A DNA stretch of 64,000 nt, taken from assembly GCA_947085185.1 (NCBI GenBank), contig CAMTVK010000021.1, forward strand, positions 28,698 to 92,697, given 5' to 3'. The notes under the pieces were generated by a model. It did no database searches and was not told the DNA's origin. It worked only from the letters and a program-made list of their open reading frames with translations. Positions 1 to 8,552 of this stretch are shown here, in pieces. The position numbers and the translations under genes were made by a program. The DNA is from Candidatus Fraserbacteria bacterium (GTDB taxonomy: Bacteria; Bipolaricaulota; Bipolaricaulia; RBG-16-55-9; DRXL01). Position 1 is the first letter of the stretch, and every line of letters begins with the position of its first letter.

Positions 1-2401
1 AAACGTCGGGCCATCCCCTCGACACCATACGTTTTTTGAAATGCTTGGCAATTTCTCATTTGGAGACTATTTCAAGCGCGAGGCGATCGCGTTCGCTTGG
101 GAGTTGCTCACGGAAGTCTACGGCTTAGACAAAGAACGCTTTCACTTTACGATCTATAAGGACGACGAGGAGTCCTGTGCGCTCTGGCAGGAGATCGCCA
201 AAGCTCCACACAAGCGCATTCACAGACTGGGCGAGAAGACAAATTTTTGGATGATGGGCGAGACCGGCCCCTGCGGTCCCAATACAGAACTGATCTGGGA
301 TCGCGGGAGGGAATTCTGCGATTGTAAGCGCCCAGATTGTTCCCCCAGCTTGGATAACGACTGCAATCGCTGGTTTGAGGTGTGGAATTTAGTATTTATG
401 CAGTTCAATCGTGAGCCTGACGGTGCGACCGTCCCGTTGCCCAAACCGGGCGTGGACACAGGGATGGGCTTGGAGCGCATCGTTGCAGTCTTGCAGAATG
501 TCCCAAGCACTTACGACACCGATCTCTTTGCTCCGATCTTTGAGGGACTGCGCGATTTGACAGGGCACTCCCGGCAGCAGATGCGCGAGGCGCTCGTGCC
601 CTATCGGGTCATCGCCGATCACGGGCGGGCGATGACGTTCTTAATTGCTGACGGCGTGCTTCCCAGCAACGAGAAACACGGCTATGTGCTGCGGATGATC
701 ATGCGTCGGGCTGTGCGATTTGGCAAGAAGCTTGGACTGCCCATGCCATTCTTGCCCAAGGTCGCCGAGCTGGTCATCGAGACAATGGGCGAGCACTACA
801 CAGAATTGAAAGCCCACAGAGCCGTGATTCTCAAAGCGGTCGCCCACGAAGAAGAGCGCTTCGAGCGCACCCTCGATCAGGGGCTTGAGCGTGCTGAGAA
901 GATCATCTCGGAACTGCAGCGCGCAGGTGAAAAGCTCATCCCTGGCCCAGAGGCGTTCTTCCTGCATGACACCTACGGGTTCCCAGTAGAGATGCTGGAA
1001 GACATTGCGCGCGAGCATGGGATACACGTAGACCGCGCGGGCTTTGCGCGCGAGATGGAGAAGCAGCGCGAAAGATCAAGAAGAGAGCTCGCTGGGAAGT
1101 CTTCAGAAACTCCCGAAGCGCTTTCCGTATCTCTTCCCCCCACACGGTTTATTGGGTATCAGCAGCTTGAGCAGGAGTCAGAACTGATTCAAGCTGGGGA
1201 AGAGCTTTTTGTCTTTGTCGAGACGCCCTTTTACGCTGAAGCCGGCGGCCAAGTCGCCGATACGGGCTGGATCGAAAATCTCTCGCGCCACGGCAGAGCC
1301 AGAGTTTTAGACGTTCAGAAAGACGAGCACGGCGTCTACCTCCATCGCGTGCAGATTACTGAGGGGAAGTTTCGTCAGGGAGATCGGTGCTTGCTCAAGG
1401 TCGACGCAGCACGCCGAGAACGCATTATGAGAAATCACACAGCGACGCATATTCTGCACGCCGCGCTCCGGAGGGTCTTGGGGTACTCCCAGGGGATCCA
1501 AGCGGGGTCGCTCGTGGCACCCGATGAGCTGCGCTTCGATTTTAAGCATCTTGCTCCATTAACAGAAGAAGAGATCACCAAGATCGAAGAGCTCGCCAAC
1601 CGTGTGATTCTCACAGATCTCCCGGTGACGATCACAGAAGAGCCCATAGAGAGCGCGAAGGCTCGCGGCGCCATGGCGCTCTTCCCCGAAGACTACGCGG
1701 GCAAAGAGCGCGTGCGTGTCGTGACGATTGACAGGCTGCCCGGTGAAGAAAGCCCCTTCAGTGTGGAGCTCTGTGGCGGCACGCACGTCCGGCATGCGGG
1801 CCAGATCGGGCTGTTTAAGATCATACGCGAGCAGGGCATCGCGGCTGGGGTCCGACGGGTGCACGTGGCCGTGGGCGAGAATCTCTTAGAGTATCTCAAA
1901 GAGCGCGAGAGTATAGAACATCAGCTCGCCCAGAGGCTCAAGACTTCCGAGAAGGAGATTTTGGGCAAGCTCGAAGCGCTGTTGGCCGAGCACGATGCTC
2001 TCTTACGCGAGCGCGAGGCCCTCAAGCGCCACGTGCTCCTTGGCGAAAGAGACAGAATCTTGCAACGCCGCCAAAAGATCAATCACGCTTCGCTTGTGTG
2101 CGCGCGGCTCGATCTACCAATAGAAGACTTAAAGACGCTCTCGGACTTCATCGAACCGGAGATCGCCCCAGGGGTGGCGTTGCTTGGCGGGGTCTCCCAT
2201 GGGAGGGTCTCGCTCGTCTGCAAGGTGAGCGAGGCGCTGACAAAGCAGCTTCACGCGGGGCAGATTATAAAAGCCCTCACCCCCTTGATCCGCGGTGGTG
2301 GCGGGGGAAACGCGCGCTTTGCTCAGGGTGGTGGCTCCAATCCCCAAGGATTAGACGAGGCCCTCCGGTGCGGCGAGGCAGAGATCCGTAAGAGACTCTG
2401 A
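1..2401 (+). CDS. alaS: alanine--tRNA ligase (5'-truncated by window edge)
   Basis: Frame open from position 2: NVGPSPRHHTFFEMLGNFSFGDYFK; also DTGMGLER, TPFYAEAGGQ, NHTATH and ELCGGTHV editing motifs and a C-terminal GGGGG DHHA1 domain. Confidence 0.98.
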   Translation, partial: NVGPSPRHHTFFEMLGNFSFGDYFKREAIAFAWELLTEVYGLDKERFHFTIYKDDEESCALWQEIAKAPHKRIHRLGEKTNFWMMGETGPCGPNTELIWDRGREFCDCKRPDCSPSLDNDCNRWFEVWNLVFMQFNREPDGATVPLPKPGVDTGMGLERIVAVLQNVPSTYDTDLFAPIFEGLRDLTGHSRQQMREALVPYRVIADHGRAMTFLIADGVLPSNEKHGYVLRMIMRRAVRFGKKLGLPMPFLPKVAELVIETMGEHYTELKAHRAVILKAVAHEEERFERTLDQGLERAEKIISELQRAGEKLIPGPEAFFLHDTYGFPVEMLEDIAREHGIHVDRAGFAREMEKQRERSRRELAGKSSETPEALSVSLPPTRFIGYQQLEQESELIQAGEELFVFVETPFYAEAGGQVADTGWIENLSRHGRARVLDVQKDEHGVYLHRVQITEGKFRQGDRCLLKVDAARRERIMRNHTATHILHAALRRVLGYSQGIQAGSLVAPDELRFDFKHLAPLTEEEITKIEELANRVILTDLPVTITEEPIESAKARGAMALFPEDYAGKERVRVVTIDRLPGEESPFSVELCGGTHVRHAGQIGLFKIIREQGIAAGVRRVHVAVGENLLEYLKERESIEHQLAQRLKTSEKEILGKLEALLAEHDALLREREALKRHVLLGERDRILQRRQKINHASLVCARLDLPIEDLKTLSDFIEPEIAPGVALLGGVSHGRVSLVCKVSEALTKQLHAGQIIKALTPLIRGGGGGNARFAQGGGSNPQGLDEALRCGEAEIRKRL

Positions 2402-2402
2402 A

Positions 2403-2525
2403 TTACTCGTCGTCTTCGTCCTCGTCGTCTTCGTCCCAGTCGTCGTCCCAGTCGTCTTCGTCCTCGTCGTCCTCATCCCAGGGTTTCTTCTTGAACTCGA
2501 TGTCATCGTCCCACCATGTAGTCAT
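2403..2525 (-). CDS. unannotated 40-aa highly acidic, Trp-rich small protein
   Basis: MTTWWDDDIEFKKKPWDEDDEDEDDWDDDWDEDDEDEDDE*; AAGGAG RBS upstream; clean ATG and TAA; not in the ORF track. Confidence 0.75.
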   Translation of the reverse strand: MTTWWDDDIEFKKKPWDEDDEDEDDWDDDWDEDDEDEDDE

Positions 2526-2581
2526 CGCCGATCACTCCTTCGCTATGGTGTGCCAGAGTTTAAAAAACTTTGGGGAAAAAT

Positions 2582-3019
2582 TCAAGGGGAGTTTTCTGGG
2601 GGTGGTTTGTGGGTGCGCCGGTGCTTGTGGAACGCTGGGAGGGCATGGGGGTCTTCGTGCAGGAAGCTCACCAAGTCGCGCAAACACTCCAGCGTGCGCG
2701 GGCTCAGATGATGCTCGATGCCCTCGACATCTTTTTGGATCGTCGCTTCGTCCACACCCAAGATCTTAAGAAACTCTTCGAGCTGGCGATGGCGGTTTTT
2801 CACGGACTTCGCAATGGCCTCGCCTTGAGGAGTGAGCACGATCCCTCGATACTTCTCGTACTTTACCAAGTGCTCGCTGTCGAGACGTTGCAACATCTTC
2901 GTGACCGATGACGACCGCACCTTGAGCGACGAAGCGATGTCAATGACGCGGGCATAGCCTTTCTGTTGGATAAGCTCATAGATGCGCTCAAGATAGTCTT
3001 CGGCACTGGGTGTGGGCAT
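2582..3019 (-). CDS. mntR: DtxR/MntR family metal-dependent transcriptional regulator
   Basis: SAEDYLERIY...ARVIDIA...SVTKML...RHRQLEEFL...DVEGIEHHLS. Confidence 0.92.
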   Translation of the reverse strand: MPTPSAEDYLERIYELIQQKGYARVIDIASSLKVRSSSVTKMLQRLDSEHLVKYEKYRGIVLTPQGEAIAKSVKNRHRQLEEFLKILGVDEATIQKDVEGIEHHLSPRTLECLRDLVSFLHEDPHALPAFHKHRRTHKPPPENSP

Positions 3020-3022
3020 AGG

Positions 3023-3472
3023 CTAGCGGCCGATGACAATAAAGCGTCCTCTCATTGTGGTGGGGTTGAGCGGGTCATAGTACGTAAATTCTCCGACCCG
3101 CGCCGCGACGAACTCCACAGTAGCTGATTGGTTGGGACGCAGATACTGCGCGAGGCTGACATCATGGTTGCTGATCTTAAAATCGTGCAGGATCAACTGG
3201 TCTTCTTTGTTTTTTAGAGTGATCTTCACCCGATCACCCACTTGCACGACGATATCCGGGTTTTCCGCCCCAGCAATGGCCAAGGGACTCTCCCCAATGA
3301 AGCGCATATTATTTATAATGAGCGAGAACTCTCGCGCCGCCCCTGGAGGAAGAGGTTCCGAGGGATTGCAGCCCACAAGCACTATTCCTACACCAATGAT
3401 CCCAAACACCAGCTGAACCCATCGAGAGCACGATTTCATTCGCAGTGTATCATCCCTTTTAAGTATGCTCAT
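3023..3472 (-). CDS. cupredoxin-fold lipoprotein (start may be 3439)
   Basis: LVGC lipobox; NPDIVVQVGDRVKITLKN...HDF...GEFTYY..M.G cupredoxin pattern. Confidence 0.75.
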   Translation of the reverse strand: MSILKRDDTLRMKSCSRWVQLVFGIIGVGIVLVGCNPSEPLPPGAAREFSLIINNMRFIGESPLAIAGAENPDIVVQVGDRVKITLKNKEDQLILHDFKISNHDVSLAQYLRPNQSATVEFVAARVGEFTYYDPLNPTTMRGRFIVIGR

Positions 3473-3638
3473 CCTTTACACGAAGACAGTATAACAAACC
3501 CGACTCTCTAAGGCAAATACCAGCAGATGGCTAAGGATTGTCAGTAGTTGCACCGGCTCGGCGCTTTTTCGTATAATGAGCGCAATCTCGTTCTGGAATC
3601 ACACGCATTGCCAAGACAAGGGGGTAGAGTAAGCAGGT

Positions 3639-5759
3639 ATGGATTTCGTTTACGCGTCGGGGATCGTTGCGGTGCTCACGCTCGGTTATGTGGGCTATTT
3701 AATCATCCGGCTGAGGGGCTTTGATGAGGGCGAGGAGAGAATTCGTCAGCTTGCTTCGTATATTCGCGAGGGCGCCGAGGCCTTCCTAAGGCGCCAGTAC
3801 TTGGTAGTGGCGATCTTCCTCCTCGCTCTTTTTGTCGTCCTGGTGCTGATGAGCCTGGGCGGACTGCTCAGCCCTTGGGCACCGTGGGCGTTTCTCACAG
3901 CTGGGGCGTTCTCCGGCTTGGCGGGGTATTTGGGGATGAAGATCGCTACGGCCAGCAACGGGCGCACGACGACTGCGGCCAAACAGAGCCTCAATGGAGC
4001 CTTGCGCGTCGCGTTCGAAGCCGGCAGCGTCATGGGATTTTCTGTCGTCGGGTTGGGATTGTTCTATATCACGCTCTGGTTCATCATTCTTCATAGTGCG
4101 GGGGTAGAGCTGCGGGAGATCGCCCAGGTGCTCCTGACGTCGGCGATGGGAGCCAGCTCCGTGGCGCTCTTTGCTCGTGTGGGTGGGGGCATCTTCACCA
4201 AGAGTGCGGACGTAGGTGCGGATCTCTCCGGCAAAGTCGAAGCGGGAATCCCCGAAGATGACCCGCGCAACCCCGCGGTGATCGCGGACCAAGTCGGCGA
4301 TAACGTCGGGGACGTCGCGGGCATGGGCGCCGACTTATATGAATCGTATGTCGGGGCGATCGTCGCGGCGGTAGCGTTGGGCGTCTCGGCGTTTGTTGGA
4401 ACCCCCAAGGTCTATCAAAGCATTGCGTATCCTATGCTCATTGCCGCGGTGGGCATTATCTGTTCTGTCTTTGGCAGTTTCTTGGTGCAAGCCCGCGAGG
4501 ACGCTTCCCAGGGCGAGCTCTTAAAAGCCCTGCGCCGCGGCGTCTACACCAGTTCGGCTTTGATCGCGATCTTTGGGTTTCTTGTGACTGTCCTGCTCTT
4601 TGGTCTGAGTTACTGGGGCTTGTACGTGGCGCTGCTGTTGGGATTGCTGACTGGGATCGTCATTGGGTTTTCTGCAGAGTTTTACACGTCGTCTCAGTAC
4701 AAGCCGACCCAGCTCATCTCTGCTACGGCACAGACCGGCCCGGCTACCGTGATGATCAGCGGGTTAGCGACGGGGATGCGTTCTACGGCGATCCCCGTCA
4801 TAGCGGTCGTCTTGGCGATTGTGCTCGGGTACTGGGCGGCGACGACCGCGGGCGGGGTGGCTTTTGGGCTCTATGGGATCGGCATGGCCGCGGTGGGGAT
4901 GCTCTCGACGCTGGGGATTACGCTCGCCAGCGACGCCTACGGCCCGGTGGCAGACAACGCCGGGGGTATCGCTGAGATGTCGCATCAGAAGCCAGAAGTA
5001 CGCAAGCGCACCGATGCGCTCGACGCCCTGGGCAACACCAACGCTGCTGTAGGGAAGGGCTTTGCCATCGGTTCGGCTGCCCTGACAGCCCTAGCGCTGA
5101 TCAACAACTATCACGACCAAATCTCGGCTATTCTTCGCGAGACCGGCGGGTCGCTGTCGACGCTGATCAGCAAGCGCCCTGTGCAAGCTCAATTCGATCT
5201 GACCGATCCGTATGTTCTGTTAGGGCTGTTCATCGGGGGAATGCTCCCCTTCTTGTTCTGTGCTTTGACGATGAGCTCCGTCGGTCGGGCTGCCGGAGCA
5301 ATCGTCGAAGAAGTGCGACGACAGTTCAGAGAGATCTCCGGGCTGTTGGAGGGCAAGGCCAAGGCAGACTACTCCAAAGCCGTCGAGATCGCGACAAAGA
5401 CGGCCCATCGTGAGATGATCCTGCCGGCCCTCTTGGCGATCATCTCTCCCATTGTTGTGGGAATCTTGTTTGGAGTTGCTGCCGTGATGGGCGTCTTGGT
5501 TGGGGCATTGGTCTCTGGGTTTGTGCTGGCGTTGCTCATGGCCAATGCCGGCGGGGCGTGGGATAACGCCAAAAAATTCATAGAAGAGGGCCAATACGGG
5601 GGCAAGGGCTCCCCAGCCCATAAAGCGTCCGTCGTCGGCGACACCGTGGGCGATCCGTTCAAGGACACTTCCGGACCGTCGCTCAATATTCTGATTAAGC
5701 TCATGTCTATGGTGGCGCTGGTCTTCGTCGGGTTTATTATCAGATTTACGCTCTTTTGA
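3639..5759 (+). CDS. hppA: membrane-integral pyrophosphatase, K+-dependent type (likely Na+-translocating)
   Basis: GGGIFTKSADVGADL, EDDPRNPAVIADQVGDNVGD and DTVGDPFKD motifs; GNTNAA has Ala rather than Lys, indicating the K+-dependent class. Confidence 0.95.
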   Translation: MDFVYASGIVAVLTLGYVGYLIIRLRGFDEGEERIRQLASYIREGAEAFLRRQYLVVAIFLLALFVVLVLMSLGGLLSPWAPWAFLTAGAFSGLAGYLGMKIATASNGRTTTAAKQSLNGALRVAFEAGSVMGFSVVGLGLFYITLWFIILHSAGVELREIAQVLLTSAMGASSVALFARVGGGIFTKSADVGADLSGKVEAGIPEDDPRNPAVIADQVGDNVGDVAGMGADLYESYVGAIVAAVALGVSAFVGTPKVYQSIAYPMLIAAVGIICSVFGSFLVQAREDASQGELLKALRRGVYTSSALIAIFGFLVTVLLFGLSYWGLYVALLLGLLTGIVIGFSAEFYTSSQYKPTQLISATAQTGPATVMISGLATGMRSTAIPVIAVVLAIVLGYWAATTAGGVAFGLYGIGMAAVGMLSTLGITLASDAYGPVADNAGGIAEMSHQKPEVRKRTDALDALGNTNAAVGKGFAIGSAALTALALINNYHDQISAILRETGGSLSTLISKRPVQAQFDLTDPYVLLGLFIGGMLPFLFCALTMSSVGRAAGAIVEEVRRQFREISGLLEGKAKADYSKAVEIATKTAHREMILPALLAIISPIVVGILFGVAAVMGVLVGALVSGFVLALLMANAGGAWDNAKKFIEEGQYGGKGSPAHKASVVGDTVGDPFKDTSGPSLNILIKLMSMVALVFVGFIIRFTLF

Positions 5760-5792
5760 GCACTTGCGAGGATGCAGCGTCATAGATATAGT

Positions 5793-5822
5793 GTAGGTGG
5801 GCCCAACGGCCGTTGGGCCCAC
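5793..5822. repeat. REP-like element: GTAG plus perfect 26-bp palindrome
   Basis: GTAG-GTGGGCCCAACGG|CCGTTGGGCCCAC in the hppA/NUDIX intergenic region. Confidence 0.65.
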
Positions 5823-5826
5823 TCTT

Positions 5827-6486
5827 ATGGAGCACTATTATCTTGAGCGAGACGGCCAGGTCTTTCTCATGAAAGAGGGCGGACGACTGCGATTCCCTAC
5901 GTCGCGCTCAGAGATTCCCTGCTCGTTCGAGCTCGTACACACTATGCTCCTCCAAGGCGAAAGGGTACATTACTGTAAGCCCCATCTGGACGTACATCCT
6001 CAGGATTGGTGGCACAAAGACGAGATCCCCGCTCTCGATGAGGCGCTTCCCATTGTCAGGCTCGCTGTCAGTGCCAGTCTGCCGCGCCTGACGGCAAAGA
6101 CGATCATACTGAAAGAGGGCAAACTCTTGATGGTGAAGCCCAAGCGCGGCTACAACGCGGGCCAGTGGGCGCTGCCTGGGGGATTCGTCAACTATGGAGA
6201 GACTCCTGAGGAGGCAGCCGCGCGAGAGACCGCTGAAGAGACCGGGGTTCCGTGTCGCATCATAAAATTTCTTGGCACCGAATCGCGCCTGGGGCGGACG
6301 ACCAGCTATCACTGGCACACGTTCTTCTACCAAGCCCAGCTCGAACACGAACGGTTTCAGCCGGCCTCCGATGAGATCGAAACGGTCGCTTGGATCGAGA
6401 TCGAAGCTGCCCTCTCCTCGGTAAGCTTCTACGAAAAGCTCCCAGAGAAGCTCCGTCAGCTGTCCCGCCTCCCCCAAAATATATAG
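5827..6486 (+). CDS. NUDIX hydrolase with N-terminal extension
   Basis: Nudix box WALPGGFVNYGETPEEAAARETAEETG; ATG at 5827 preferred over the GTG inside the palindrome. Confidence 0.88.
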   Translation: MEHYYLERDGQVFLMKEGGRLRFPTSRSEIPCSFELVHTMLLQGERVHYCKPHLDVHPQDWWHKDEIPALDEALPIVRLAVSASLPRLTAKTIILKEGKLLMVKPKRGYNAGQWALPGGFVNYGETPEEAAARETAEETGVPCRIIKFLGTESRLGRTTSYHWHTFFYQAQLEHERFQPASDEIETVAWIEIEAALSSVSFYEKLPEKLRQLSRLPQNI

Positions 6487-6530
6487 AAATCGCTATAGAT
6501 TCTACTATTTGGACAAGTTCCAGGGGGGAC

Positions 6531-6559
6531 TTGACAAGCTGGTAGAAAAAGTGTATAAT
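6531..6559 (+). promoter_or_regulatory. consensus sigma70 promoter
   Basis: TTGACA-17bp-TATAAT upstream of the 6630 ORF. Confidence 0.8.
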
Positions 6560-6629
6560 TCGACTATGGGTAGAATAACACAATGGATATAATTCTACTT
6601 GGCAGCCAAAGCAACATTGGTGAAGGACT

Positions 6630-6983
6630 ATGATGGACAAGAACCCAGAAGCCTATAAGACGATCAAAGTGCCGGCCTGGGTGTATATCAACGCCAAGGA
6701 GGCGGAGTTGGCGCTGATGCGCAAGGGGGTGAGTCGCCTCCCGGACTCGGTCTTGCAGCCGACCCGATGCCCTATATGCAAGTCCCCTCTGAACCTGCGC
6801 AAGATGGACGACACAGAGAAGACCTATCTCCAATGCCCCAACTGTGGCTATACTCAACCGAAGTTTGAAGGGAGCATGGAGGGGGTGGCCCTGGGCACGG
6901 CTATCGGCATGGGGTTGGTTCATCTCTTAAACACACTCTTTAGCAATGGTCAACAGGCGAAACCAGAAGTGGGGACCGGGTAG
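6630..6983 (+). CDS. small Zn-ribbon protein with possible N-terminal RHH-like segment and C-terminal TM helix
   Basis: YKTIKVPAWVY; CPIC...CPNC; hydrophobic GVALGTAIGMGLVHLL; GAAGGA RBS. Confidence 0.7.
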   Translation: MMDKNPEAYKTIKVPAWVYINAKEAELALMRKGVSRLPDSVLQPTRCPICKSPLNLRKMDDTEKTYLQCPNCGYTQPKFEGSMEGVALGTAIGMGLVHLLNTLFSNGQQAKPEVGTG

Positions 6984-7058
6984 CCCTCCTTAGGGTGGTG
7001 AGAGGAATGGGGGACTTTATCGCTGAGGAAGGCTGACCCGGTCCCCCTTCTTCTGGCT
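6960..7058 (-). ncRNA. candidate ~100-nt hairpin sRNA (or long terminator)
   Basis: ~30-bp imperfect inverted repeat with a C-rich loop on the minus strand; minus-strand TTGGAA-17-TATAAT (extended -10) at 7093-7065. Confidence 0.4.
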
Positions 7059-7094
7059 TCTAAAATTATATCACAGGGACACAGGACTTCCAAG

Positions 7095-8552
7095 TCAAGG
7101 GCGCGTGCTCCTTCCCATAGAATCTACAAACTCTCTCAGTAAGCGTTGGGCAGCCGCGAGGGCTTCCTCGCGGGTCGTGATCTTTCCTGCAAAAATTTGT
7201 TCATAGACGTTCTCTAAGATCGCTTTGATGGGAGGGCCAGGGGCCAGCCCCATCGCGATCAAGTCATGGCCGTCAATAAGTTTCCGGGCGCGTTCGCGCT
7301 CCGAGAGCTCTTTCAAGCGCAGCAGCAATGGGGGCAGCGCTTGCACCACCGGGAGCCACCCTGACGATTTGTGCGCGCTCGCTTCGCAATCGCAGACCAT
7401 CAGCGCAAAGAGCTTGGCAAAATACGAGAAGCGCTCAGCGGGACGCTCAAAAGATACGTCTGGGTTCTCGTGCGTTTTGAGCAGCGTCGCGCGCTTGCCG
7501 GGGCTCATCTCCGAAAATTTCCCGATGCGCAGATGCTCGCGCACCAGAAATTTTATCAACCTGATCTCGTCGGTACTGAAGCGCAGCCGACGACAGATTC
7601 TTTCTGCCATGCGCTCGCCGATTCTCTCATGGCCGCCTGCGTGCTCGCCGTTGTTCTTCTGGAGAGCTAGGGGCTTGCCCACATCGTGGAGGATCAGCGC
7701 GAATTTCACGAGCGGATCGCGCAGTATCCTATCAGCGCATTGGAGCGCTAGCAGCGTATGGGTATAGACATCGCCCTCGGGATGATACTTCTCTGGCTGG
7801 GATACACCCTGGCACTGCACGAGCTCCGGCAGGATGAGCTCTAAGATCCCGTGTTCGTCCAGAAGCTGCACCCCGCGCGCAGCGCGACGGGTCTTGAGGA
7901 TTCGCAAAAGCTCATCGCGGATGCGCTCCGCAGAAATCTGTTTTAGTCCTTCACGATGGCGTCGTATGGCTGCGCTTACCTCGGGGCAGATCGTCCCATC
8001 GAGATCGCAGGCGAGGCGGATCGCTCGCAAGATTCTCAGGTAATCTTCGGAGAAGCGCTTGGCAGGGGCGCCGATAGTGCGGATGCGTTTTGCTTGGAGA
8101 TCGGCGATCCCGCCGACACGATCAATGACTTCGCCTGAGAGCGTCGCGGCAAGGCCATTGACGGTCAGATCGCGGCGCTGGAGGTCTTCGTCGAGGGTGC
8201 GCACGAGTTCTACTTTCGTGGGCCAACGCCCGTCGTACTCGCCCTCGGTGCGGAACGTCGCGACTTCATAAGGGCGGCCATCGGGAGAGACAACCAACAG
8301 AACGCCGAAGGCTTCTCCCACTTCGAAGATAGTATATTCTTTGAAGAGCGCTTTGATCTCGTCGGGGCGGGCCGCCGTGGCGATATCAACTTCTTCAGGG
8401 ACGAACTCATAGTCAGGGTCGTACTGAGCGCGCAGGGCATCGCGTACGATCCCGCCGACCATGACGGTCTCAAAGCCTGCTGCGGTCAAGCGCTCTATGA
8501 TCGTACGGGCGAAGGGATGAGCCCGAAAGATCTCTTCAGTATCAATAGTCAT
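7095..8552 (-). CDS. cca: CCA tRNA nucleotidyltransferase with HD domain
   Basis: VGGIVRD...DIAT, DLQRRDLTVNGLA, EDYLRILRAIR, HPEGDVYTHT, LHDVGK. Confidence 0.93.
   Translation of the reverse strand: MTIDTEEIFRAHPFARTIIERLTAAGFETVMVGGIVRDALRAQYDPDYEFVPEEVDIATAARPDEIKALFKEYTIFEVGEAFGVLLVVSPDGRPYEVATFRTEGEYDGRWPTKVELVRTLDEDLQRRDLTVNGLAATLSGEVIDRVGGIADLQAKRIRTIGAPAKRFSEDYLRILRAIRLACDLDGTICPEVSAAIRRHREGLKQISAERIRDELLRILKTRRAARGVQLLDEHGILELILPELVQCQGVSQPEKYHPEGDVYTHTLLALQCADRILRDPLVKFALILHDVGKPLALQKNNGEHAGGHERIGERMAERICRRLRFSTDEIRLIKFLVREHLRIGKFSEMSPGKRATLLKTHENPDVSFERPAERFSYFAKLFALMVCDCEASAHKSSGWLPVVQALPPLLLRLKELSERERARKLIDGHDLIAMGLAPGPPIKAILENVYEQIFAGKITTREEALAAAQRLLREFVDSMGRSTRP

Noticed and set aside
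2403-2480. TCG/TCC-type microsatellite or CRISPR-like repeat
   Set aside because: Explained by Asp/Glu codons of the acidic peptide on the minus strand; no repeat-spacer structure. No CRISPR array or cas gene was seen in the window
3488-3520. TTTGCCTTA on the minus strand as a possible MntR operator
   Set aside because: Only a half-site; it is better explained as the -35 of a TTGCCT-17-TATACT promoter
6960-7058. Hairpin as SRP (4.5S) or 6S RNA
   Set aside because: Lacks the SRP GNRA/CAGG-AGCA domain IV motif and is too short for 6S; kept only as a generic sRNA candidate
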